Positions 25,032 to 38,100 of a DNA stretch of 64,000 bases are shown here, piece by piece (position 1 is the stretch's first letter; each line of letters opens with the position of its first letter). The stretch spans positions 2,103,812-2,167,811 of the forward strand of contig NC_092675.1 in the NCBI RefSeq assembly GCF_964355755.1, given 5' to 3'. This DNA is from Antedon mediterranea (taxonomy: Eukaryota > Animalia > Echinodermata). Position numbers and translations under genes: made by a program. Under the pieces are notes generated by a model that did not search any database, was not told the DNA's origin, and saw only the letters and a program-made list of their open reading frames with translations.

Positions 25032-25560
25032 TTAATTTTTATTTGTTTGTATTAGGGCCAAAGGCCAATATACTTTGAACCAATAAATTCCCTGAAAAGG
25101 GAAAGAAGAAGATGTTACATACTAATAAAAAAAAACGTTCATAACAAAACAATCAGGAAACATAACATTAATATTTAAGCTCCAACTGAACAGACGGATA
25201 TTTGTACGCATCTATGTGTCATGCAATCTTACGGCAATAAATAATAATACGATACTAAATGTCTACATAAAAAAAGAAAATATCCGAGAGATTGACCTAA
25301 CACATACTTACATAATAATTCCATTTTCAGTTCTAAAATTCAATGAATGTTGTGCTGTAAGTTCGTTAAAACATTTCATATTTTTACCAGCACGTATGAA
25401 CTTTCATTCGAATAATAATTCCAATTAATAATTTTCAATTTAAAAGAACGAAGACAATGTTTACGATAAACTATTCTAGGTGTGCTTGTAAACTATTATT
25501 ATTATTCTATTCCATCAATTGGCAGAAAAGCATCTATCATGTAATCATGTAGATTTTAGA

Positions 25561-25733
25561 TTATGATGATGATATGATGATGATAATATGATGATGATAA
25601 TAATGATGATATGATGATGACAATATTATGATGATGATAATGATGATATGATGATAATATGATGATGATTATAAGATGATATGGTATGATATGATAATGA
25701 TATGATGATGATGATGATGACGACGATGCTGAT
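25561..25733. repeat. Degenerate (GAT)n microsatellite
   Basis: Long imperfect run of ATGATGATG/ATAAT. Confidence 0.9.
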
Positions 25734-26184
25734 GTGACACTTTGTCATTAAGACTTCAAACGTAGGATAAATTGATGTAATATTTAGTCATCGTCTGAAC
25801 TATACATTGAGTAGTGCCACAAAGTCATTATCGGTATCATTTTGTTATATGTGTTAAGTTATTTATATAAATTGATAATTTATGGTTAATAAGGAACTAA
25901 ATAATATAACATAACACTAATAACCTAGTTGTTACATTTACTGCAAGGTTATCATGGTTTCCCGGAATCTATGTTTAAACGGGAAATAGTTGAAAAACAA
26001 GACAGAAACTGTTACACAAAGATAATAAGAATAAACAACAAAACTCAATAGCCTATTGAACTTATTACTAAGGTAAATGTTACGTGTACGTCAGTGTTCA
26101 GTGGTATTTGCAGTTTGTCGGAGTACAAAACGAATAAGTGATAAAGAAAGACTTTTCAACAAACATCTTTTCAAGAAAATCCTG

Positions 26185-29100
26185 ATGAATTTGTTTGTGT
26201 TGATTTTGTTGTCAATTCCTCATGTAATTATTTCCGTACCTACGGCAGGACGGTGAGTTTTTTTTAGTAATTTTTCTTAAAATATTTCTTTGTTCATGCA
26301 AAGTTAATGTTACAGTACTTAATTTGTTTGGAAAGAATCGATATTTTTTTACACGAAAGACAGCGTTTATGCGTTTATGCGTTTATGCGTCCGATACAAT
26401 GTCTTCTTGAATTTGTTTAAATATTGAGTTTGCGTGCATAGTTTGATGTTCTTTGAATAAATATGAATAACTATTGTCAGATTTGTTACTATAGATTGAG
26501 CTTAAAATAGAAATATTGATGGGTAGCGAATTGTAGTTTGTAACAGCTGCACTTCTTTGCATGATCTCTGCTGCTGAAAAATATATAATGAATTTGAGCA
26601 ACGCATAGCAAACGCATTGACAATGTGAAAACGAATAAATACTGTTACAAATAATTACTATTTTTTAGTCCTCATGTGTGTTCCAGAAAGGTTTCTTCTG
26701 TGCATTCAGTGACAGTTTCTTATTCCGTCTCTTATTCGACTCGATACTATTCATATTGTGGTGTGTTTGGTTGGGGTCGGTGTACAGCATACAGGTAAAC
26801 AAATCTAGTAAACTACAGTAGTTGAGAATAGTAATGAATAATGAATGTCATTATTACTATCAAACGGTCGTTGCCACTGCTGCATGAAGATCATTTCTTT
26901 AAAAATTGCGATTTGAATTTTTTATTAATTTAGGACTAAATACCGTAGGGAATATCGCAAGGAGTACCGCACGACGTACTCAACGAACTATTTTTGCTGT
27001 AGCGGTTGGGCGGAGAGTGGAAATGGGGGTTGTTCAATTCGTAAGTTTACTTTCCTATTATTGTACAAAGACATTAAATTTCTTAGATCTGTGAATAACT
27101 AAACAAAATTATGCATGAGGTCGTGACGTATAGTCAGCAGCCTTGCTTTACGTGCCGATTTTCTATGTTTGTTGTTTTCTTTTTATTAAGTAGGATACTG
27201 TAGGGATTATTTAGTGTGTTACCAGCATCACAGTCGAACTTATTTAACTTAGAAAAAAAAGACCATGGATAGCATACGTCATTGTAGGCTATTTCAACGA
27301 ACTATTATGTGGATTCTGTCTGGGAGCATACTGAGTTCAGGTTCCTAATTGTAATCTACTATTGTTTCGGTTAATTGTTGTTTTTTGTTTTAAACTTAGT
27401 ATAAAGCTGACAGACTTTTGTGTCCATTTTAGAAGACACACATATCATTACAATTGTACTTTCTGATAGCTATTTGTAACCCTTCGTGTAAGAACAAGGG
27501 CCAATGTGTATCACCCAGCAACTGTGATTGTCCAGATACATATACAGGCAGCAGATGCGAAATTGGTAAGTGTCTAAACACAAAAAAAAATAGCATTCAC
27601 AAACTCTTGGTAGATATTTTAGACACCTAACACCTAATAAAACCAATTTTCCTATGCTAGATTTAAAAATAAATCCATTATGTTGTTAACAATTACTGTA
27701 GGTGATATATTTTCGAACAGATAGGCACCAAATAATGGTAAATAATGTCGATTTTAGAGTGAACCAAAAATATTCCCTAATAGATTTTCAATGAAAACGA
27801 CTTAAGCAAAATCCACACTTTATGATTTTTTTTTCATAAACTAGAGTCTGATATTTATGGCATCGGTTTTTTTTTTATTGAAATCTCAAAATAGATTTTA
27901 AACTGAACTAGGCTTAATATCTCAAAAGATGAGGTTACGGCTCTGCGCCGATTTTGTGGTGCCATGCCTAATTTGCATATATCAAATTAATTTAGAATGA
28001 ATAAAGAAATAAATTAAAATAATCAGTGTTTATGAAATTTATTTACAATAATATGATTAAATAAAGACATTTTGTGTAAAACAATAAAAAGCGTAACTTG
28101 TGTGTATGCGTTGAAAGTACGATTTTAAACGAACTTACAGTAACATTATGTATTCACAACAAACGTACCCTCATACAGTAACATTGTATTATAATACAGA
28201 TGTCAATGAGTGTTCGGTGAGGTTTAAGGGAGGCTGCCAACATCGTTGTACAAATCTTCGTGGATCTTTCAGATGTTCATGTTACAATGGATATTCTGGC
28301 ACAAAGTACTGTACAGGTAATAACATACTCTATTACAAATACACTATTTGCAATTGAAACAACTGTTGTTCAATAAACATAATTTTAATACTAGATTTAA
28401 TTCGTCACTATGACGAATTATAGGTTATATGCATTGATTTAAATAAAGATAATTGATTGATTTAAGATATTTTGAATGATTGATTTTCTCAGAATCTTTA
28501 GTTATTTATAATATATGATATCCGGTATCATACTCCGATCAAAGATCCTTCTGCGTATATAATGTCATAAACCACATTTGTGTGTTTATCTAAATTTCAT
28601 TATAAATCATCTGTATAATATGTACACTAAGAAATACAATTAAACAAACAAGCCATACACAACTGACTAAAAATTATGGAAAGATTCCTCCGTGTATTTG
28701 TAACTATACAGTAACCACTTTGGTGCAGATAGATTATTACATACCGCATTGAATTATAATGTTTTACTATGATGACATCTTTAAAGATTTTTAAAAATGA
28801 TGCACTGTCAAACTATATACTTTTAACTTTAATATATGAACTTCTTAAGGAAGAAAGTTAATGTTAAGTTTGTTATTTCGGCCTAAGAAAATGTTATAAT
28901 TTGTTTGATTGTCGAAATTAATTTTTGTAAATTTAATATGCCAAAAATTTAATGATGACTTAATCAACTTTTGTTCTCTTAATTTCATAATAAATCATAC
29001 ATATGATACATACACTTCAAGAAAATGAAATAAAAAATTGGTGTTCCCGAGCATTCTAACGATATATATTAATTTTAAAATTTAGCATATTTTCACCATT

Positions 29101-32100
29101 TTGTTAACTTACACGTGCGTAGCCTGTCACTTTTGACGTGCTCGTATAACGCTGTTTCGCGTTGAAAAGTTAATACAATATGATGATATTGTTAAAGAAA
29201 GGTTATACAACAGTAATCGGACAAAAACATAAATCAAAGAAACTAGTTGCAATTGATACAACTGATGTTTTGTTTCATTATTTGTTTAATTGACATTATT
29301 GCTTACAATAAACATCAATTTATTCCATTGTTAAAGACACTTTTCCTGCAATTGTTTACGTGTTGTGAAATCAATGAACATATAATATTACATTAAACCA
29401 TGTCATCATTCCTGAATAATGTACATTCTGTGAATAATTTAGATAAAAAAGAGAAAAAAATAATGTACCCTCGCTGATCTCGTTGAATGGTATTTACCAG
29501 GCGTGCATATAGCTAGTGTGTAAGCTCCTGATAACAGCGGTAACGCAAGAACATCGTACTCTTGTATAGCTATAGATACAAATACTAACGGTAACATATA
29601 CGTAAAACATAAACAACTTAATGAAGCAGAAGAAGTAATGTTTGTTGGTGTTAAGATTGATAAACATTTAATTTGGAACAGTCATATTAATGATGTTAAA
29701 AACTAGAAAGAAGGCAGGCATTTTATTCAAACTAAGATATGTTGTACCCACAAATATATTAATCTTATTATATAAAATGTTTATTCAACCAAGTATCACT
29801 TATGGCATAGAAGTTTGGGGTAGCACGTATAAAACATATTTACAACCTATTGTTATCATTCAAAAAATGTGTATGCGGTGTATAACTTTTTCTGATTTTA
29901 ATGCTTCGTCGTCTCCGATATTTAAGCAACTTAATATTCTAGATGTTCATAAACTATACGAATTATGTGTACTTAATTTTGTTTTTGATTTATATAATAG
30001 AAACTCTGCACATCAAATCAGTTATTATTTTAGTACAGTTGATCATTTACGAACTACTAGGTTTAAAAAAGGTAATAACTTATCTGACCCAAAAGCCCGT
30101 ACTATGGCTGGTCAATTTAGAATTTCGTTTACTGGCACACAATTTTGGAATAATTTATCACTCGACATAAAAAATAATACATCAAAAATTAATTTCATAA
30201 AAATATAACTGAACTACTGTTATCGAGATACTGATTAATGCTGGCCCACCTCTTTCTTTTTGTCATTATTGTGTTTTCTTACATTATTGTATAATTATAT
30301 TATCAAAATCGTTTGCACTGAACAGTATTATAATTGTTAATCAGGTGTAAACCATTGACTAGCGAAAGCTATTTATTTATACGTTCTGGCTTTGGCGAAT
30401 GAAGAATTACAGCAAAATTGCAAAAGACCCGGTATTTTCGCTAAACAGTTGACGGTTCTTTATTTATTTTTTTTTATAATGATGATTGTGATACAAAATT
30501 TACAAAAACTATGTAATTTATTCTAACATATCACTAATTATATTTCTTTATAAGATATTAATGAGTGTGCTAGTGGTACACACGGATGTGCTCACCGTTG
30601 TATCAACTCAATGGGTAGCTTCAGATGTGATTGTAGACAGGGATGGTCACTTCATTACAACAAGAAAGACTGCACAGGTTAACAGTTTATTTCAATAGTA
30701 TAATGTATAATGATAGTGTGGAAGTTTGTTTGATAGTTAGATTCTGTTCAGATGTCGATAATAATAAATATGGGCATAATTATCTAATTCCAACTTTTGC
30801 TTTGTATTTATAGTATTTGAATTGAATTTTAAATAATCAATTGTTGTCTTATTTAATCCATACGATCAAAAAGCGAATCGTTGTGGTACATTTAAATGTT
30901 GTGATTAAAGGCGTTATTTGTTTTTATCCCAAATGTTTATAAAATCGCTGCCCTGTTTTGGGAGTTTCAAAACTGTTTCACCTGAAATACGCATGTCCAA
31001 TAATAAACATAATTGTTTTATAATACGTTCTGTAACAGATATCAATGAGTGTTCAGTGAATAATGGAGGCTGTCAACATTCTTGTAAAAATCTTCGTGGG
31101 TCTTTCAAATGTTTGTGTTCCGATGGATATTCTGGCACAAAGTACTGTACAGGTAATATATCATGGAAAAAGCCTCATTTGTTTCTATTATTTGATTATT
31201 TGCCGCCCTCTTTAATATTTCTTTTAATGGAAAATCTTGATTTACGGCTATTATAGTTGTTATTATACGGTTATTAAATTATCATATAAGGAACGTTTGA
31301 GGGTATTAGATTTACCAAATTTAATTTATAGACGCCATAGAGTTGACATGATTCAAGTTTTCAAAATTATAAATGGTATGGAGTCTGTCTTAAGTGATTT
31401 TTTTTTAATTAGATGTCGATTTAAGGGCCCGTGGACATAGGTATACATTAAAGTTCCATCGAGAAAAGTTAAACTTGAGAAGGAATTCTTTTCGTTTAGA
31501 GTTGTACTTTTGTGGAATTGTCTTTCTGACTATGTTGTTTAAGCTAGTTCTTTAAATTTGTTTAAAAATAGACTAAATGAGGCTTGGGTAAACCATCCAT
31601 TAAAGTTCACATCGTTTGTATAATATGACATGATAATCGCGAGGGGGCTTATGAGCTTCGCCTCAATTTCCCTCTATTCATACGACTATGAAGGATTACA
31701 AGTAAACAAGTAAGTAAACAAGAAAGTTCCATTTCTGAGAATACAGTTTGAAAAATTGTTCAATCAGTTGGTTTGATTTTAAAAATGTAAAACATCTCTC
31801 CCATACTGGACTGCGAGGTTTTATACTGCCTTAAAACTTTTAGGGTTCTCGTCGACATTAACCTTAACTTTATTCTCAAGTTCCGAGTCATGTATCTTTT
31901 TCTTTATAAGATGTTAATGAATGTGACGTTGGTATAGACAGATGCGACCAAGGTTGTCACAACTCAATCGGTAGCTTCAGCTGCAGTTGTAGACAAGGAT
32001 GGTCACTTGATCAAGATAAGAAAAGCTGCACAGGTATGTCATTTCTGAGAATCCATAGAGTTGAAAACAAATTTCTTAAATCATGTGGTGTGACTTCAAG

Positions 32101-35100
32101 ATCTTACACTACCTAAAACCATCAAGGTCGTGGTGGAAATTAACGATATTTTTGACATTCTTTAAATAGTTGCGATGATCTTTGTCGAACGTTATTATTG
32201 TTTCTGTTCACTTTATTCTTAAGTTCCGAGTCCTATTAATTAGACACAATTCCAACTTATACATCGTCTGATATCTACTTTATAGATGTCAATGAATGTG
32301 ATGCTGGCATAGACGGATGTGAACAACATTGTTCAAATTCCATCGGTAGTTTTAGCTGTTATTGCATGCATGGATGGAAACTTAATCCAGATAATAAAAG
32401 CTGTACAGGTATGAAAATACCATTTCTGAGATCCTTATAAATCAGTTAAAAATCCATCCATTGAGCTATCATTGTTTTAAACATCTGATGGAATGGTTCA
32501 CATTCAGTCGCACTGTCACCCAGTTAAAGAGACTGTAGTCTGGTATGAACGTCTGTCTTCTGCTTAGAACAGTTAGCGATTAGATCACTGCTTGTTTCAT
32601 AAAATAGTTTTAACAATTTCAACCTGCTTTTTTATTTCTATCTACAAATATAAAAGGGTGATATCTTTTCTAATTACAAAAAAAACCACAATTTAATTAC
32701 TTTAAAAATTAATTTAATTAATTCACAGGTCCACCACCAATAATATACGAGAATGGTACCACAGCAACCTATGCCCCTATTATTACAATGATATCTACTA
32801 CATTAGAAGAAGTTACCACTGTTTATGATACCACAACCAATTGCTCTGATTCAAAAAGAATTGAGAGTTGGGATTTTGTTTCCAATACTAGTCGGCATAT
32901 GGTGGTTATATCTAAAACACTCGTATTATTCATAAATATTCTTATTCTAAACTCTATTTTGCTTAGAAAAACTATATTCAAGATTAAATTAATTCAAAAT
33001 TAAACCTGCAATTAATAATATGAGTCATACTATTCACCCAGATTCAACAACATACAGGAATGTTACTGCTGCAACAGACGTACCTAATACCCAGATGATT
33101 TCTACTACATCCGAGGAAGGTACACCAGCTTATGATACCGATACCCCAACCAACTGGCCTGATAATACTCTTCCAGATGGTAACTTCTCGTTTAGCTTAA
33201 CCATGTATCCTATACTAATTGACAATTCTTAATGCTACGGCCCATGCATTCTGTTTTGCTGTTACTGTGCTGGTTGTAGGTTTTTAGATACACAAAATTG
33301 TCGCCATGATTTTTCAAGAATCAAGTTTTGGAAGGTTTAGACAATATACTACTGTGTTTGTTTGTTTGTTTTATGCGACTGTGACTAACTTATATTTACA
33401 TAATTGCTTTAAAAATGATTTTTCTAAAGTTTATCATAATATTCACGCAGATCCAACAACAGCAACATTGATTTCTACTGCATTAGAAAAAGTTACAACT
33501 GACGGTGGTACTGTTTCAGATGGTGAGTTCGAAAACTTTTATTTAAGAAACAAAAATGTAATTAAAACACATCTGCAATACAGATCCATCGACAATTTAC
33601 GAGAATGCTACCACAGCAGTAGATGCACTTACTACTCCAGTGATATCTACTGCATCAGAAGAAGTTACAACTGTTTATGACGGTACTGGTAAGTTGTTAG
33701 TATAGTTAGAATTCATTTTGGCCCTCCAGCTGATTTTGCTGTTTGAAAGATACGTCGTCGGAAAAAAACAAAAAACATTCTTAATATTCATAATTATTAT
33801 AGATGTTATAAATTATCAGATGTATAAATATATGTAAATAGACGTAAGGAACAAAACTGCAATACTATAAATCGTAATATTTACCCAGATCCAGCAAGTG
33901 CAACAGACGTCCCTACTACACAAGTGATTTCAAGTAAGCCCGAAGAAGTTCCAACTACAACCAATTTGCCTGATGTTACTGTTTCAGATGGTAAGCTGGC
34001 GTATTATTTAACCATTATACAGTATCCTATGTTGAGAAAATCAAAAAATTAAAGTAACTATTCGTACACACACACACATTTCCCATTAATACCTCAGCTA
34101 TTTCAATAATGAGTTAATTATCATTAGTTTATTCAACTATGTTCGTGCTTTTGATGACACTTTTGTAAATCTGTAAAAACTGTATCAAATTATATGGAAA
34201 AAGAAGATTCATGCTCATCAGATTCTTAAAATAGGTCTTCTTCAAATAGCTGGAAAAGTTTCTATATTTGGAGAATTTTTAAAATAAAATACTGCTTTGA
34301 AAAATAACTTTTATATATAACTTCTAAATATTTACTCACAGACACATCAAATGTAACAACAAATGACACTACCATAGAAACAGATGCTTCTACCCCCACA
34401 ACGATCTCTACTCCATCCGAAGAAGTTATCAAAACTAAATCATTAAGGAATGCTATAACTATTCCAGTCTGTAAGTTGCGATTTTATTCTGTTTGCTGTG
34501 AAACATTCGGATCTATTGTCATCGTATAAGTACATCTTTGTTTGCTTTAAGCGTTTGTTTCTTTGTACATAAACTACTTAAATACATTTAGATACTACGC
34601 CACGGATAAACATAATATGTCCAGACGACATAAAAACACAGGATCAGTCACCGACTTGGCACGTACCAGAGGGCAATGACGAAAATGTAATCTGTACTGA
34701 ACCATCAAATAGAAAATATGAGATTGGTTCGACTAATAAAGTTAAGTGTATGGTCGGAAACCGTGCTAATAGCAAAGCCGAATGCTCATTTTTTATAATT
34801 ATTCGTAAGTAAACCACTGGTTTTGTTTTTTTAGCATTCCTCTTTGCAAAATGTCACAATCATGGGTAAAAGCGCTCGTTAATGTGAGTTAATTCTGTAC
34901 TATTTGAATTATGTTATCAGGGATCACGAGTGAAATTATTGTCATTTCACTCTTTCCTAGTGATGTTATAAATCGCTTACGATTATTTTGTGTCTATCTT
35001 TACTTTCCTTTTAGAATCTGATCTTACTTTGAAGATAACTGAAATCACAATGGTATGATTTCTCTTTTCTATAACTTGCACTTGAAATCAATTTTCTAAT

Positions 35101-38100
35101 TAATACACATGTAAATTCATGTACATTTACCACCAGATTCTTGGTACTGTATCTAGATATTATACAATTGAAAAAAGGCAGAAGTTCTAAAAATACAAAA
35201 TACAGATTTATAAATTATAATAAAACACAAAAACAAAGCCAAATAGCATTAAAAAGGAATAGGAATTTTACTAATGCTTGTTGCTCTTCACCAGAATGTT
35301 ACTGAAGAAAATGTTGAACAAGTCACTGGCGTTCTTAAAGAAATAACAGATAATAGTACTGCTTTACAGCCTGCTGATATAATAGAAGTGTCGTCTGGGT
35401 TAGAAGGCATTGTTGGACTTAACTCAACAAATGAGAATGTAGGTTACAATTATAACGTTGATGACCCTTTTTTATAGGCAACTTGTCGACTTATTGTTAG
35501 GCCTACTCAATAATAAAGTCTTTATAATTCAATCAATGTATTGGGATGTTGAAGAAGAAGTTTTGATATTACATATTGTGGACATTATAACAATACCCTT
35601 CTATACCATTAGTAAGATGAACTCGTCGTTCAAAGTTGCAGGCGCAAAAATATGGAATAACCTACCAACTGAAATTAAATATTCCTCAACAATTGCTTCA
35701 TTCAAAGCTAGGTATCGATCTCATTTTTGTACACAAATCTAAACATTTGTCCCTGATTTTGTTATTATTCAACACAGGAACACAATGCAAAACAGGTTTT
35801 CTTTTACCTGTATAAAGATGTTGTTAAATAAATAAAAAATTAATAATGGAAAGTAATGATCACGAGTATACTGTACTACAGCTAATGTATTCTCTTTAGG
35901 TTACTAAAGCTGTGATTAATACAATTGATAATGTTTTGGAAGCAGTAGAAAATACTGAGGATCTCCCAGTTGAAACTATAGCGTCATTGTTAGCGTCACT
36001 TGAACATCAAATTGCCACCGCTTCTAGAGATGGTCAGAATCTTACTGAAAGAACTGACAATTTTGCTCTGGAAACTAAAAGCATAAATACAAAATCACTC
36101 AAGTCAGATGTTGTTTTGGTAGTAAATGATGCAGAAACAACCACGTGTCTTGATAAGGGCTGTGTAAAGGAGTCCGACAGATCAATTAGGTTGCCAAAGA
36201 AGATCTTACAAAACGGTATAAACTTTAGTTTAGATATACTATTGAAGTTTTTGTTTCTGACTGGGCGTTGGCCATCACGTTGTTCAACAATTCTATATTT
36301 CTTGCACTCCAACATCTCCACCTTCTGATATTTTACTGTTACTTGTAAAGCTGCTCACTCACAGCGCCCTTCTACCTCTTTTACTCTCTTCCCATCTTTC
36401 CAATTAAGTTTCAGTTCTTGATGCTCTCTTTTCTACTAACATGCCCAAGTAACTACTTGGCTCGTATATTACTGAACTGTTTCCTGTTGAATGCTCCTCT
36501 ATTTAACTTACTGCCATATTGTTAACGTTGTATGTTCATTATCTTCATCACTACCGTATGTGTATGTATCTATGATTTATATGACAATTATCAAAATGTC
36601 TTCATTTTGTTGGTAAAAGCGTTAGAAATATTGAAATAGACTTTTTGTAATACAATGCGTACAATAATAATGTGTCATTAATAAAACGTATTCATAAGAA
36701 AGTAAGCTTGTATGTCATCATTCATTATTGTTATTTGTAACAACGTTTTTTTCAGAATCACAGACAAATCTTAGCTTCATTGTGTATTTCAACGATGTAC
36801 TATTTCCATCAAAAATGGTAAAGGAAACTAAGACTTCGACCTCTGACGTAATTCTTGCAGCAACCATTTACAATACTCTTCCTCCTCATACTATGATGTC
36901 GGAAACAATGGTCGAACTTGTTTTTGATATTCCAGAGGTATAACTACATATTTTTTTATTTCACTAAAATTGACCAAGAGGTCCGTTTTAGACGATATAC
37001 AATATCGTTAACAATACAAAAAAAAATTACTCTAGTAAACAGGCTTCAAAGTTCAAAAGTTCTGATTAATGAATATCCATGTATTGATTAAGACAATTAA
37101 TAGAATCTAACTATTCATACTTTAGGGTTTGACGGCGGGGAATTCAACTTGTGTATTTTGGAACGAAACAATTTCTGAATGGTCAGATTTTGGCTGCAAG
37201 AAGATGATAGAAGAAACAAATAAAAATCACATCACATGTGAATGTTCGCATCTAACTAGCTTTTCTGTTCTTATGGTATTAGTTCGTTTCTTTGTTTATT
37301 GTTATGATTTTGGCATACCATCAAAAGGTATCGCTTATTTTGTCATCATTGTCATAAGGGGTTTCCGTCTTCCTAATTTATTCATATTTTATCCAAGCTG
37401 CTTTCATCTTTACACATTCTTAGTAGTAGTATTATTTTTCTTTCGACTGTATATTTAATTTTTTATACGAAGATGATTATTATACTAGAGGACATATATA
37501 AACATTTAAAAAAATTAGAAGCAAGCAATACATATTTGTTTTTATTACATTCTAGTTGCCTACAAAGATAGGTACTAAGAAGTCGAAGAAAGCATTGGAC
37601 GCGATATCAACCATTGGTTGCTGGTTATCGATATGCTGCTTTACTATCACAATAATTACTCTATTGAGTTCAAAGTAAGTGTTCTTCCTCAGGTCTAAAA
37701 AGATCTCAAATTCATTAATAGTTATTTAAAATGGAAAACCATCAAGCATATATGTCTCACTTTCTATTGTAGAAAACTCAGAAATCGTCTGCCTCAAAAG
37801 ATAATGATCAACTTATGTGTCGCACTTTTGTGCTTGGATCTTGTATTTGTCTTGGGTATAGACAACCATCAAACAGGAAACACCTCCTGCATTGCTATGG
37901 CAGCTCTACTACATTACTTCTTGTTAGTGTCGATATCCTGGACCTTGTTAGAAGCCATCAGTATGTATTTTTTAATCATCAAAATTTTCAACGCTCCCGG
38001 AAGTAAGTTTTGGTGGACAGCAGCAAGTTTAGCCTGGGGTAGGTCATATTTTGTTTGTTTAAAATCACACAGACTTTGTATCCAGTCAACTACAATCTCG

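Larger units (their letters stand above)
20952..25090 (+). mobile_element. Near full-length non-LTR retrotransposon (probably RTE-X clade) between the two GPCR genes
   Basis: ORF1 + ORF2, then a short 3' UTR with a GGCC-AAA-GGCC hairpin and AATAAA at about 25083. No TSD identified. The clade call rests on the C-terminal motif only. Confidence 0.85.
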
